From: Heterodontus francisci
Lineage: Eukaryota
Direction of reading: 5' to 3'
Assembly (NCBI RefSeq): GCF_036365525.1
Contig: NC_090404.1
Coordinates: 41,721,497-41,785,496, forward strand
Length of the DNA stretch: 64,000 bases
Shown: positions 37,901 to 49,854 of the stretch, in pieces
Layout: each line of letters starts with the position of its first letter
Position numbering within the stretch: the stretch's first letter is position 1
Made by a program: the position numbers and the translations under genes
Notes under the pieces: model-generated
What the model saw: the letters and a program-made list of their open reading frames with translations, nothing else
What the model was told of the DNA's origin: nothing
Databases searched by the model: none

Positions 37901-40368
37901 TACTCAGCTTGCTTCTCTACTGAATTATCATAAGCTTCCGGTTTTGTATCATTTCAACACTGTAGCTTTACTGTTTCATGGAGCTCTATCTTTGGATGCT
38001 CTTCCCTTGCCTCTCATGGAAATGCACCAACCCTATTGCCGAAACATCTCAACTTTGAAGACTTCCTGTTATGCTTATTGTTTTACCTACCAATTTTTGA
38101 TTACAATCCAATATCTACTTCTGTTCAAACTAATCTCCAATACTAATTGCTAGATTTTCGGAATCCTCACATCTAACAAGCTTGCAGGTTATCGACAAAG
38201 ACAATGATGCAAGGTATACATAGTACAACAGGATGGTTCAGAACGAACCAATATGGAGAAACGTGACCGAGAAGAGCAGCCATTTATGAATTGTTAATTC
38301 ATTCATCAGCAGTAAATCAGAATCTTCTGTCAAATGAGGAAAACATTATAAAATTACAAAGTGTTAATTTGATGTCACTTCTGACCGTTTCAGTGAATAT
38401 ACTAGGAATAATGTAAAAGTAAGGTTGGAACTGAGAATCTCTTTATTACGCTAGTTTGGGATTGTTTCTTCTCAATATAAATGTGACACACTATTAAAGA
38501 AACTGTTTAGGTTAGATTCAGCTCTGTTAATTGGCCGTGTCGTTAACTCTGTTCCCTAACCACTGGTTCTATCGGCCTACCTGACCACTGTCTTTGGCAC
38601 AAGCAGACTGTTCACAGTCTCTACATCCTCTTCATACCAGAGCCTCATATCCTTTCACCCCATATTCTCTCAACACAATGAACGCCCACTTCAGTCTCTA
38701 ACATCACCTGCCCGCAATACTACCTCAGACAATTTGCAACTGATCCCTTCCTGCATGCCTTTATCAGCTTTATTTCCTGCAATGCAGAAACATCAGTTTA
38801 CCCAACAGTCGCCAGCTGCACCAAGTTCCAATCAACCATCAGTCCTGTCCTCGCTGATATTTATTACTTCCCTATGTTTCCAATTTAAAAGTCTTCTACT
38901 TGTCTTCATCTCGCTTTTTCCTACTTCTAGATCCTCCCTCAGTACTGAACCCTGTGTCTCTAATTAAATTAAAGGCACGACATTAATTCAAGTAGTTATT
39001 GCTGATTTGAGGGATCGGTTTATAATTTGACTATTGCTGAATAAATATTGTTATAGTTGAGAATTCTAACAATGTGGGTTTCAAGAAATTGTGAATAAAA
39101 CTTATTGAGGAACTATAGGAAGTGTTGAAGTGAAAATAAATTGTGAAACTTTCCTCAGAACTGGATCAATGGGAAAAGATGGATTCTGCTTCAGTCTGTT
39201 ACAGGTGGCGAAGAAATTAGGTATGGGGCATGATTTACGATTCTACACTTCTAGCACAGATCTGGAATTTGCACAATCCCAACCCCATAAGTTTCAATGG
39301 ACTGAAAAGCGGGTACTGGGAGTGCGACGTTCCCATTCATTTGAATGAAGAAAAGTGAGACACAGAGCAAACTGGTCTGTGGGACAGTGGAAGGCTGGGA
39401 CTAGTTCAGTAAAATCATGTGGCAGAATTCGAGGATTTGGCAATCGCTAAAACAAATAGGTTCAAAACATTCCGAAGCACCCAATGGAATTTACAATATG
39501 TGCTGTGAGCCAGAGAGATTTTGCGCTCTGCTGTGTTAGGGTGAAATATACAAACAAACAGATATAATTTAAATATTCAAGGCACACAACGTAGGCAGAG
39601 TTGGGCGGGGCTCGTTCAGGAGTCTAGAAAATATTGGTAGCGAAAAATAAAATCACAGAAAAATAGATAAATCTCCAATCATATGTGATTTTCTTTTACA
39701 AAAGACTGGTTGAAAAATATATACATCTTTTTAAAACAATCAAAGAGGAAGTAATGAAATGACAAAGTGGAAATAAACAAATTAATTAGCTGGAAAACGA
39801 CCAACACCAACAATGCAAGTAGTAAATTCTTAATCATTGGGCAAGTTGGAAGATCACATAAAATGATTTGCCTATGATAGTGTGAATGTGAATACCATTG
39901 ACAGATATTAATACCATTGCTTTACTCGTTGTATTCAGGCAGAGGAGGCAAAGAATGAAATTAGTTCGAAATATCACCGTTGCTCATCTCAGGGAACCGC
40001 ATTTAACGCTTGATTTTCCTAAGTTCAATATTCTGCAACCACTTTTAAATAAACAAATTAACCTTTGAATTAATGTAGCGGACAGAAGAAAGTGGTTTGT
40101 CCTGGAATATCACATCAGAAAGCTGACAGTTTTTTGTTTTTTATTTAAGCTGGGAGGTATCGGTTGTTTTGGGAGATAATTCCATTGAGGAACAACATGT
40201 ATCGAGGTGTGAAATGGAACCAATCGGCTTTTCTCACCATCCACTCGCCTGCGTTCTTCGAGAGTTTTTCCTTTTGATAAGTGACATGTTCTATCTCTGC
40301 GATAAAAGCTGTACCTTAGCAATGTTTCTAGTCTAATCTGTATCACACTGTTCACCTTCAAATACAAT

Positions 40369-40554
40369 GGGCTAGAAATTCTTCTCAGGTGATGGCGCAG
40401 AACAGGCTTTATCGGATCAGGCGCCTGTTAAAAGCAGCGCCTGATATTCAGTTCCATTGTTGACAACGGAATTTAATATCAAGCGCTGCATAGAACGGGC
40501 AGCCGATCCGATCCCACCCGTTTTACATCACCGCCCAAGATGAATATCGAGCAC
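40369..40554. mobile_element. Palindromic MITE-like element
   Basis: The two ~90-nt halves are imperfect reverse complements about a centre at ~40461. Confidence 0.7.
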
Positions 40555-40834
40555 TCAGATTCCAAATAAATAGACTGCTTCCTCAAATTTAAAATAAGTA
40601 AGTAATTCAAGACGTCACTATTCTCCTTAAAGCAGTAAATAAAGAGACCACTTATTTCATTTCCAAACACATACTTTAAAAGAGAACCTACTTTTTACAC
40701 TGTAACCTACTGTAGTTTCAAAGTTCTCTGCTGTTCAGCGCAGTCTTACACACAGAGCCCTCCTATTAGCTGAAACATGGGTGTCCAGGGAAGTGGTTTC
40801 CATATACCCAGGATTCCAACAGAATAACAGTCTA

Positions 40835-41107
40835 GGGGGTGAAATTGGTCTACATCAGTAGCACAACAGCGGCTCATCGTGAATCGGCAGTTGCTTTTTC
40901 ACCAGGTCTCATGGACTTTCCACTGTGGTTCACAGTTCAAGCTCTTTTGGAAGCTCGATAGTTTCGTTGATACTTTTACTTAGTTTGAAATTAAAACCTT
41001 GGCAACGTTTTCCAAGTCAATGAGTGAAAATAGCTGCTGCCTTGTTTAACAGGCTGTCCATTCACTATCCCCCGTTTTGCGCTACAGGATGAGACCAATT
41101 TCGTCCC
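40835..41107. mobile_element. MITE-like element with terminal inverted repeats
   Basis: gggggtgaaattggtct...gtagcacaac pairs with ttttgcgctac...agaccaatttcgtccc. Confidence 0.65.
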
Positions 41108-41694
41108 GACAATGGGTCAGTTTCTAGGTCGCTGACATGTGCGCCTTTAATCCAGAGTCACAAATGTCAGAATTCGTACTTGCAGGTTGTGTGCCGATAT
41201 TAACTGAACAGATACTCTTTTATACAAAAAGGTTTTTAGAAGCGGCACGGAATTCGTAAACAGCAGTTTATACAATTTCATTCACTCCTTGTTTGGAGAA
41301 AATTTCTCTCGCCCCAGAATTGCATTAATTTATGAATCTGAAATAGTTTACATTAAGGATATACAGGGACAGCTCTTTAAGGAAGTAACTTCAGAAGAAT
41401 CGGTCAGTTTTATCTGTTGAAACTAACATCATCTATTCAAATCAGTACCTAAAGTCATACATGAGAGGTAAATTACAGAATTAAATCTATGTTCAATTTA
41501 TTCTTGGGTAAAATCGCTTTTGAAAAATATATTCTAAGTTTAAGCCAAATAAACTGATAGCTAACCTAACCGAGTCAGTTGAAAAACTGTAGCTATTGCG
41601 TTTGTTGTTCAGGCGATTTTGAACGAGAGCACTGATTTTTCTTACCCTCTATCGAAAAGATTTTAGTGATAAAGTAGCAAGAGAGGTGACTTAC

Positions 41695-41747
41695 CAGAGT
41701 TCACAGTCAGCACGGTGCCAGCTCCGTCGTAGTAGTAACTGTAGCTA
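41695..41747 (-). CDS. IgNAR: IgNAR J segment (SYSYYYDGAGTVLTVNS)
   Basis: FR4 motif DGAGTVLTVN and GTAAGT donor at 41694-41689. Preceded by RSS CACAGTC-23-TCAACAAGG (41748-41786). Confidence 0.95.
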
Positions 41748-42099
41748 CACAGTCAGTCAGCTCCCAGTCAGCCCAGTTCAACAAGGGTCAATGAAACAAA
41801 GGTCCATTAATAAATATAACAAAGTAACACAGATCAAAAGGATCATTCGAATATATTAGTGATTAATAAATCTTCATTTTCCTGTCAGTTGCTATCCATC
41901 CAGCTATTTTCTATGTACAATGTGAACTCCTGTAGCTCTGAAAAAAACAATCTGCTGATTTAACATCGGAGAATGAGGATAGATTTCAAACAAAGGTCCA
42001 CCTAAAATTGATTTCAAACTCTGTGTAGTAACAACGATGAGGAAGAAATCGCATTATGCAGCCACATTCACTAATAGTCAAAGAATTAACTGTTTGAGA

Positions 42100-42167
42100 G
42101 GTTTGTGCTGTTGCCTGAATCACTGTGTCATCGCAGCTACACATCATTTCACACCAGCACAAGAAAT
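42100..42167 (-). other. IgNAR: IgNAR D3 segment (42128-42139, TAGCTGCGATGA) with 12-RSS on both sides
   Basis: 3' RSS CACAGTG-12-GCACAAACC (42127-42100). Degenerate 5' RSS CACATCA-12-ACAAGAAAT (42140-42167). Frames are SCD and AAM. Confidence 0.85.
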
Positions 42168-42494
42168 CCAATGTTGCAAACATCACAGAAAATCCTTCAG
42201 ATATTCCAAGATATTGATTGAAAGATGCAGTAAATATGATTCAAATCATTGCCTCTATATTGGAATCCCATTAGACGTTTATAATTCTCAGCCACTCATA
42301 CAAATCCTGGAGAAACATCAATGCTCTATTATGAATATGATGATAACAATTATAAAATAATCACCTCAATGAATAAAGAAAAGGCTTTAATATACAAGCC
42401 AGTGTCTGACAGAGACAAGGGATATTTAACCATGAGGTTTCTTGGCCATTCAGAGGTTAACTTGCATTTTCTTCTTAATAAGAAGAGTGGGGAA

Positions 42495-42575
42495 AGTTTA
42501 TGTATTGTGGGAATTCAAGATTCATTACTGTGGTGCATACCAAGTCACACAGTCACAGCGTTCAGTACAAAAAGG
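42495..42575 (-). other. IgNAR: IgNAR D2 segment (42533-42547, TGACTTGGTATGCAC) with 12-RSS and 22-RSS
   Basis: 5' RSS CACAGTC-12-ACAAAAAGG (42548-42575). 3' RSS CACAGTA-22-ACATAAACT (42532-42495). Frames are DLVC and TWYA. Confidence 0.9.
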
Positions 42576-42764
42576 TCTCATATACATCAATACAAGTGAC
42601 TCAGGTCGAGACGCATGCTGCAATACGGATTCCCGAAATAATACATTTTGCCAAGGTTTTCTGAGAATGAAGAGTGTTATCCCTCCAAAATACTGAGTAT
42701 CTACTCTTCATACTTCAGCATCAGAGAAATATTGCCCTTGTTCCAATGAAAATAGTGTTTTCAT

Positions 42765-42847
42765 AGTTTGTGTATTACAGGAACCAGCTCTTCGATTGCT
42801 GTGGCTACTGTAGTATCGACACAGTGGTACAGCCCAGTGCAAAAACA
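42765..42847 (-). other. IgNAR: IgNAR D1 segment (42804-42819, TCGATACTACAGTAGC) with 12-RSS and 23-RSS
   Basis: 5' RSS CACAGTG-12-GCAAAAACA (42820-42847). 3' RSS CACAGCA-23-ACACAAACT (42803-42765). Open frames are RYYSS and DTTV. Confidence 0.92.
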
Positions 42848-43036
42848 GGTTTACTTGCATAAATGTAAGTTCAAAAGCGGCTCTGCATATCCAACTGTCC
42901 TGTTTGGGGGTCTTTGCTGCGCGGTCTGTCACCAGCTATTTGCAAATTATCTCCAGTCTCAGAATCAATGCTGCAAATTAAGTTACAGTGAAAAGAGCGA
43001 AACAATTCGTATTTTCTTCCCTAGGAGATTGGAAAA

Positions 43037-43074
43037 TGTTTTTGTATTGGTGAAAGCTCAGACACATTACTGTG
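43037..43074 (-). promoter_or_regulatory. V 3' recombination signal sequence (22-bp spacer)
   Basis: Heptamer CACAGTA at 43074-43068, 22-nt spacer, nonamer ACAAAAACA at 43045-43037. Confidence 0.93.
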
Positions 43075-43345
43075 GTTTGCGCTTTGCAGTAATAGGTGAC
43101 ACTGTCTTCAACTGTCAGGTCCTTGATTTGCAGAGAAAATGACTTTGCTCCCTTGTTGACTGATTCAACATATCGTCCGCCAATCGTTATGCGTTCCCAA
43201 TCTGTTGAACCCGGATTATTTCGGAACCAAGATGTGCCGGACAAACCACAGCTAGCATCAACGAGGACGCAGTTAATGGTTAGGGATTCGCCTGTCTCTC
43301 TCGTTGCCATTCTTGGTGTTTGGTTCACTCTTGCAGTGAAGGCAT
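43075..43345 (-). CDS. IgNAR: Germline VNAR segment, type II-like (non-canonical Cys in CDR1)
   Basis: Acceptor ttctccattcag, then NAFTARVNQTPRMATRETGESLTINCVLVDASCGLSGTSWFRNNPGSTDWERITIGGRYVESVNKGAKSFSLQIKDLTVEDSVTYYCKAQ. It has the VNAR-typical CDR2 deletion, GGRYVES and YYC. There is no FR2 Cys. Confidence 0.97.
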
Positions 43346-43485
43346 CTGAATGGAGAAAAATATATTTATTACATCGCTTGTCTGAAACAATACAAGAGTT
43401 TAAAGGTAAGACAATTTCCACAATGTCACACAGCCACGCAGTTTTATGCAATTAACATTTAATTTCTTTAATAAACAGCACTTAC

Positions 43486-43528
43486 TTGGTAACCAGGTTA
43501 AAAGGACCGAAACCCAAACAATATTCAT
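43486..43528 (-). CDS. IgNAR: IgNAR leader exon (MNIVWVSVLLTWLP)
   Basis: ATG at 43528, 14 hydrophobic codons plus 1 nt, then GTAAG donor at 43485-43481. Phase 1 joins the V exon in frame. Confidence 0.93.
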
Positions 43529-43622
43529 GGTTTGTTCACCAGCAGGGAACAATTTAAACAAAGTGAGCTCCAGACCTCAGCACTGACTGTTCTGTGTAAC
43601 GGTGTGTGTCTGAACACCGACC

Positions 43623-43655
43623 TTATAAACCTGGGGAGACTGGGCTGATTTGCAT
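43623..43655 (-). promoter_or_regulatory. IgNAR V promoter: octamer ATGCAAAT plus TATA-like TTTATAA
   Basis: Plus-strand ATTTGCAT at 43648-43655 reads ATGCAAAT on the coding strand. TTTATAA at 43629-43623 lies about 95 nt upstream of the leader ATG (43528). Confidence 0.8.
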
Positions 43656-44099
43656 AGGGCGGCTTGAGAGACCATGAGCAGTGAGTATAACTCACCATGG
43701 GCTGTTGCATTTTGTTTCCCACATCCGTAGTGACACTGGAAAATCTGCATCCAATTAACATGAACAGTTCAGTAGAGTTATACAGAACAGACTTCACGTT
43801 AGCTGTGTTGGGTTTGTTTGCATTCAAGCTGATCGCATTTCCATCCTTACTCAGTTTCAAGAAATGGTGATATGTTAATACTATAATAGTAACAGCATCC
43901 GTGCATGTATATCTGCTTGACACAGCGAATGCAGTAAAAAGCGTTCTTTCAAATAATTACGACTGAAAACTCTAATTCCTTTGCTGTGGCAAATGGAGCC
44001 GCGACCCCGCGGTAACCATGAGCCCCAAGTTTGGCATCCGCTGCATTAATAGAAACATACCAGCAGCTTTGATTTGTGTTGTCATCTCTCGACATTTCA

Positions 44100-47070
44100 T
44101 AACATAGTTTGCACTGTATGTAGATTTTAAGAAAGTCTTTGAAAAGTTACTGCAGCTGACGTTACGTAAAGATTAAGAAGTTTAGAATTGAGAGGAGAGT
44201 AAACTGGATTGAAAGAGACTAGAAGAGAGAAAACAGAGAACTCATTATGTTAACAGTGGTTGGAAGTGGGCAGTGGTATCCCACAGGATTCATGTTCTCG
44301 GAACACTTACATCAATGATTTAGATCAAGGCTTAAAGAGAGTGTTAAGAAATTTAAATATAATGCCAAAATAATTATTTAGAAGAACAAAGGGATAGTGA
44401 TAAAATGGTGAATGGGCTGAAAAGTAGCAAATTGAAGTGAATATCAGTAAATATGAGTTGATGCATTTTTGTAAAATACAACAGTAATTATCTTCTGAAT
44501 TGAAGTAAGCTTGGTGTTGTGGAATGGCAGAGTGATTTCAGGATAAAGGTTTAGAGGAAATTAAAGGAAGCACCTCAGGTTACTAAGGCTCTAAAATGCT
44601 AATGTGACTCCACGTTTTATCATAAGTGGTACAGACAGAGAAAACAAGAGATAATGATGAACCTATATAAAATCTTCATATACTTCAATTCGAGTATTAT
44701 GTGCAGTATTCTGATGCACTGTATATTATGGATAATGAGGTTTCAAAGTTGTACTAGGATGTCGCCTGATATGAGGAAATGCAAATACTTGAAAATGGAG
44801 CCTTTTTTGTTTGAACAACTTCGAATATGCGTCCATATAATAGACATGATTAAAATTAGGAAGAAATGGGATAGGGGAGATGGGACAGGTTACATAGAAG
44901 CAGACTGATTTCAGTCGCTGAGGAATCTAGAAGCAGGAGATTATATGTAAGGGATTTCAAACTGAGGGCAGAAGAGACTTCTTCACACAGAGGGTTGTCA
45001 GGCTGTGTAATTCACTTCCTGGATTAGTGATTGAAGCAGATACTATGTCAACATTCACGATTAGATTGAATAACTGCATAAAGGAAAGTGGGTGAAGGGA
45101 TGTGGAATTAAAGCGGGTAAATGTGATTCGAAATATTTACTTGCCCGGGGGTAAAGGACAATTTAGATTGGTTGAGCTAATAGTGTCCCCAAGGGTCAGT
45201 GCTAAGGCCACTGTTTTATTTTTGCTATCTATAAATAACTTGGATCTGGAAATACAAAGTAGAATATTTTTTAAATGCCGATGACACCAAACCTGGAGGA
45301 GTGGAAAACAGTGAGGATGATAACAATCAACTACACAGGACATAGCTGGGCTGTTAGAATGGGCAGATAAGTGGCAGATGGAACTTAATACTGACATGTG
45401 TGAGGTTGTGCATTTTGGCAGGAGAAATAGGATGAGACAATATCGACTTATTGGCATAGTTCTAAAGTGTTTGAAGGGAGCAGGACACATTGAGAAAGTG
45501 GTTAGTAAAGTTTGTGGGATTTTGGGCTTCATAAATAGAGCTATAGAGTACAAAAACAGGGAAGTTATGCTGAGCCATTATAAAGTTCCGGATTTGGCGA
45601 CAACTGGGCTGCGAAGGTCCTTGAAAGGGTGTGGAGGCGATTTCGCAACATGTTTCCAGGGGTGAGGAAATTCAGCTAAAAGGTGAGGTTGCAAAAACTG
45701 GGGTCGTTCTCCTTGGAGCAAAGGAGATTGAGGGGAGATTTGATAGAAGTGGACAAGATTATCACAAGCTTACATAAGTTAGACAAGGAACAACTGTTCC
45801 CATTAATTGATGATAAAAGAACTAAAGGGCATGGAGTGAAGAGTTTGGGCAAGAGTTGAAGTGAGAGTCTGAGGAAAAGCCTTTTATGTAATGAGCGATA
45901 ATGACCTGGAACTCACTGCCCACGGCGGTGGTTGAAGCTGAGACAATCAATAACTTCAGAAGGAAATTGGATGGTCACTTGAAGGAAATAAACTTGCAGG
46001 GCCTGGGCATTGCAGAGGATGTAAATTTCTCTCAAGTCTGGAAAGACCATTGTGGACAATCTTTTCGGGAAATACCTTTACCAGTTAAAGCAACAGGATA
46101 CTTGATTATTAAGTCCAGAAATTCTATTGACAGTAAAATAGTACTTAATAATTGGAAGTAAAATAGCACTTAACAAACTTGGGAATATAACTTTACAGCT
46201 CCAGCAGTTGCACGGACTGGTCGAGTTTTGTTGGAGAGTGATGCAGTCCTCTTCATTCATCTAGATCCCTCTTCAGATGGAGAACTTAGCTGATTATTTA
46301 TGCCTCTATCTCCAAAGTTTTCTAGTGTTTCTGCGCAACGAAACCTTACAAGACCCCTGCTTTTAACCCCTGTGTGGTCAGCAGGTCATCTCAGAGTCAG
46401 GCTCGTGTAAAACAATAATTGGCTCTAGCTGTTGCTAGGCAAATTTAATTGTTTCTTAATGATGTCTTCTCCTAACAGCCACCTGGTCTCAGAATCTCGG
46501 ACATGAGTGGAATGAAATGGTTTAATATTAAATCTGATTCTGATATTAAACAAGTTTTCTATTGATTAAAGCCAGACAATTGAAGGCCATGATGTGCCAT
46601 CCAATGGACTTTATCGGGGACCTGGAAAGGTCCATTGTTTGAATACATTTAGCTGAAACTGCTCTTTCCCACACAGAGACAGAAACTCATAGTAACTTGA
46701 TTCAATACACTTTAAATAAAAACCCAGTCTTTCTAAAATGATGATTGATTCATTAATTATAACTCAATCAAGATTCATCACTTTAATAATCATTGGTTTC
46801 ATGATGAGTAGCAATTTAATAATCAGTACAGGATACAAATGTTAGTACTGAGCACAAGGTAGCTTCTTTAGTCACGTGTTAATTACAAAATGGCTTCCTT
46901 GACCTTGTTAATCATTCCAGTGGATACAGGATAAAAATGGTCAGGTTAAACTAAAATCTAACAACCCAAGCTTGTCTACAAGGGGACTGGGAATGACTGG
47001 ATTGATCTGCAGAAATCTGGCATGGACTCTATGGGAAGAATGGCCTCATTATGGTCGTAAATGACTATGA
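44100..47070 (+). mobile_element. Tandem degenerate CR1 fragments upstream of the promoter, the last interrupted by a ~1-kb unclassified insertion (~46002-46974)
   Basis: CEVVHFG and ILGFINRAIEYK remnants (45378-45665). The CR1 tail resumes at ~46975. Confidence 0.7.
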
Positions 47071-48669
47071 CACATAGCGGGAGTGCACTCTGTGTAATAC
47101 TTTGAATGTGTTAGCGAATTCCATAATTCTCCTTATTTGATGCCATCATCAAATTTCGTTACTTCGCATTGAGACTTTGGCTGTCTTTGTGTAACAGTGA
47201 CATGACCTAGCAGATTATGGATCCCTGCTGGTGAAAGGGAATTATTCATCCGACTATGTGCCTTACGATTAATGGGGCAGGTGATCTTCGTACCCGACAG
47301 GTTTTCCAGCAGCTGTTAGTTGTGTTTATCTGATCAAGCGCTCTCCAACCATCTGTTGGAGTTCATACTCTTGGTCTATCTACATGGATAATACACAATG
47401 ACTCAGCTGCAATCGCTCTGACTGAAGCAACATGCACTACATCCTGAAAAGGACCAAACCACGTTCCCGTTGGAAGGTATATGTGTAACTTTCCCTTGAG
47501 GGCAGAGGCGAGTTCTCTCTGAACCCTTCATGGTAGGCAAGTCTATCAGCCCTCAGTGCCTATTTTGAAAAGTTACTCTACAAATATTGGTCTCTCTGCA
47601 AAAGTCAAAAGTGCATTTTCTGCTGCTGCCCTGTGCACATGCTCTTCGAATAAAAACCGTGATATTATGCTCCTTTGTGCGTTATTTTTTCCAGAAATTA
47701 ATGGGCATTAAACCACTGTCTGGAAATGCTTTGATGCACATTTGCCGATAATCTTCTCAAACAAATGTATTTGTGATCGATATTTGCTGGAATGTGGGTC
47801 CAGTGATAGAATTCACACCAAGGGAATGACCATGAAATCAAAAGTGGTGTTAACTAGTAGGGATCGTCATTCCGAATCTTGCTCATTTACTTAACCTGGC
47901 AGCATGCAAGTGTTAATCGATCAAGGTAGAATTCACAGTGTGACAGTTATTTCCCATTTGATTATTACTGATATTAACTCAGTCTGATTTCGATGTCTGA
48001 TACCAAAAGCATTCATTCTGCCTGACATCACCACCTGATATTAGTGTTAATGAAGTTGGTGAATTAGCATTTCGAGCATTTGGAAGCATTTCCACTTTTG
48101 TTGATTTAATTCAGACATTATTTAATTTATTTTACTCTTGTGAGCATTCTAATTAAGAAATGGAAAGAGGAATGTCACTGCGACGCATTTCCTATGCTCC
48201 TATCTTCAATACTAGCGCAAATTATTAACCATCTGTTAGCGTGGGAGTGCAACATCAAAGGTCGGGTTTGCCCCCGGCTATTTATAGACTGAGATTCTCA
48301 TATAACTTTCAGGAAGTAAAACTAGGAGATGAGTCAATGAGTGCACTTATACGACAGGTAGCAGTGTCAGATTACCACGGGTGGGCTGATGTTGAGCTGG
48401 CTGAGTCAGAGACATTGCCACCTGCACCTTAGCTCAAAGATCAGGGGGCAAAGTAACATTGCGTGAGCTCCATTCTCTGCGCAGATACTTTGCAATGTTA
48501 GGCGAAAGAGGATGGGTGTTCCACATTTAAAGCAGTTGTCGTTAAACCCTGGCTTTGCATTGGGCTGTAGTTATATATTACCCGGAGCTGCTGGTTGGAG
48601 CTGGTTTTACAACTCTTTAGTGTATTTCAATCTCACCAGCTGCAAACAGATTCCCGTCCATTAGATTTG

Positions 48670-49840
48670 TAAAAGGCAGATCGTACTTTACTAATCTAAT
48701 TGTATATTTTGATGAAGTAACTGAGAAGGTTAATGAAGGGAAAGCAATGCATATTATGTACGTAAATGGCTTGGGTATTAGAATACAGAGTAAAACTTTC
48801 TAAATTTGCTGATGCTACGAAACATGGAGGTGTGACAGACAATGAACATGATGACAATCAACTGCAACAGAACATCAATAGGCGAGCAGATTGGACAGAC
48901 AAGTGGCAGATGGAATTTAATACAGAGATGTGATGTGATGCATTTTGGAAAAAAGGCATAGGAGAGGTAATATGACTAAATGGCACAGACTTCACTAGTG
49001 GGCAGTGACATGGGGGTACAGGTGTATCGATCTTTGAAGGTGGTAGGATGTATTGAGAGGGTGATTAGTAAAGCCAATGGGATTTAGAGTTTCATAAATA
49101 GAGACATTGAGTATAAAAGCATGGTGATTATGTTGAACTTTTATAAACATCTGGCTAGGCCACAACGAGAGAATTGCATCCAGTTCTGGTCACCACACTT
49201 TAGGAAGGATGTTCGAGTCCTTGAGATGGTGCAGATGAGATATATCAGAATAGTTTCAGGGAAGAGGGAACTTAACGACAAGGTTAGGTTGATGAAGTGG
49301 GAGGCAGTGTAGTGGTAATGTAATTGGACTAGTAGCCAGAGGCCCAGTTTAATGCTCTGGGGTCATGAGTTCAATTCCCACCATGGCAAATGGTGAGATT
49401 TGAATTCAATTAATAAAAAAATCTGGAATTAAAAAAATAACTAGTCTAATGGTGACCATGAAACCATTGTCGATTGTTACAAAAAACCATCTGGTTCTCT
49501 AACGTCCATTAGGGAAGGAAATCTGCCGTCCTTATCCGGTTTGGCCTACATGTGACTCTAGACCCACAGCAATGTGATTGACTCTTAAAATGCCCTCTGA
49601 AATGGCCCAGCAAGCGACTCAGTTTCTCAAGGGCAAATAGGGATGGGCAATAAATGTTGGTCTAACCCGCGATGCTCACATCCCGTGAATGAATTAACAA
49701 AAAAGCTGGTGTTGTGCTCATTGGAGCAAAGGAGATTGATAGGAGATCTGACAGCGGAGGATAAGATTTTGATCGGTTTGGATAGTGCAGAAAGAGCAAA
49801 GCTATTCCCATATCTGATGCCACAAGGCGTAGAGGACACA
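48670..49840 (+). mobile_element. Degenerate CR1 fragment
   Basis: LARPQRENCIQFWSPHFRKD remnant (49121-49312). Confidence 0.72.
49295..49705 (+). mobile_element. tRNA-derived SINE inserted in a CR1 remnant
   Basis: A-box/B-box-like head (agtggtaatg...gagttcaattccc). Its 3' tail ggcaataaatg...cacatcccgtgaatgaa is shared with the LINE at 49855-50640. Confidence 0.6.
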
Positions 49841-49854
49841 GATTTTTTTTTTTA

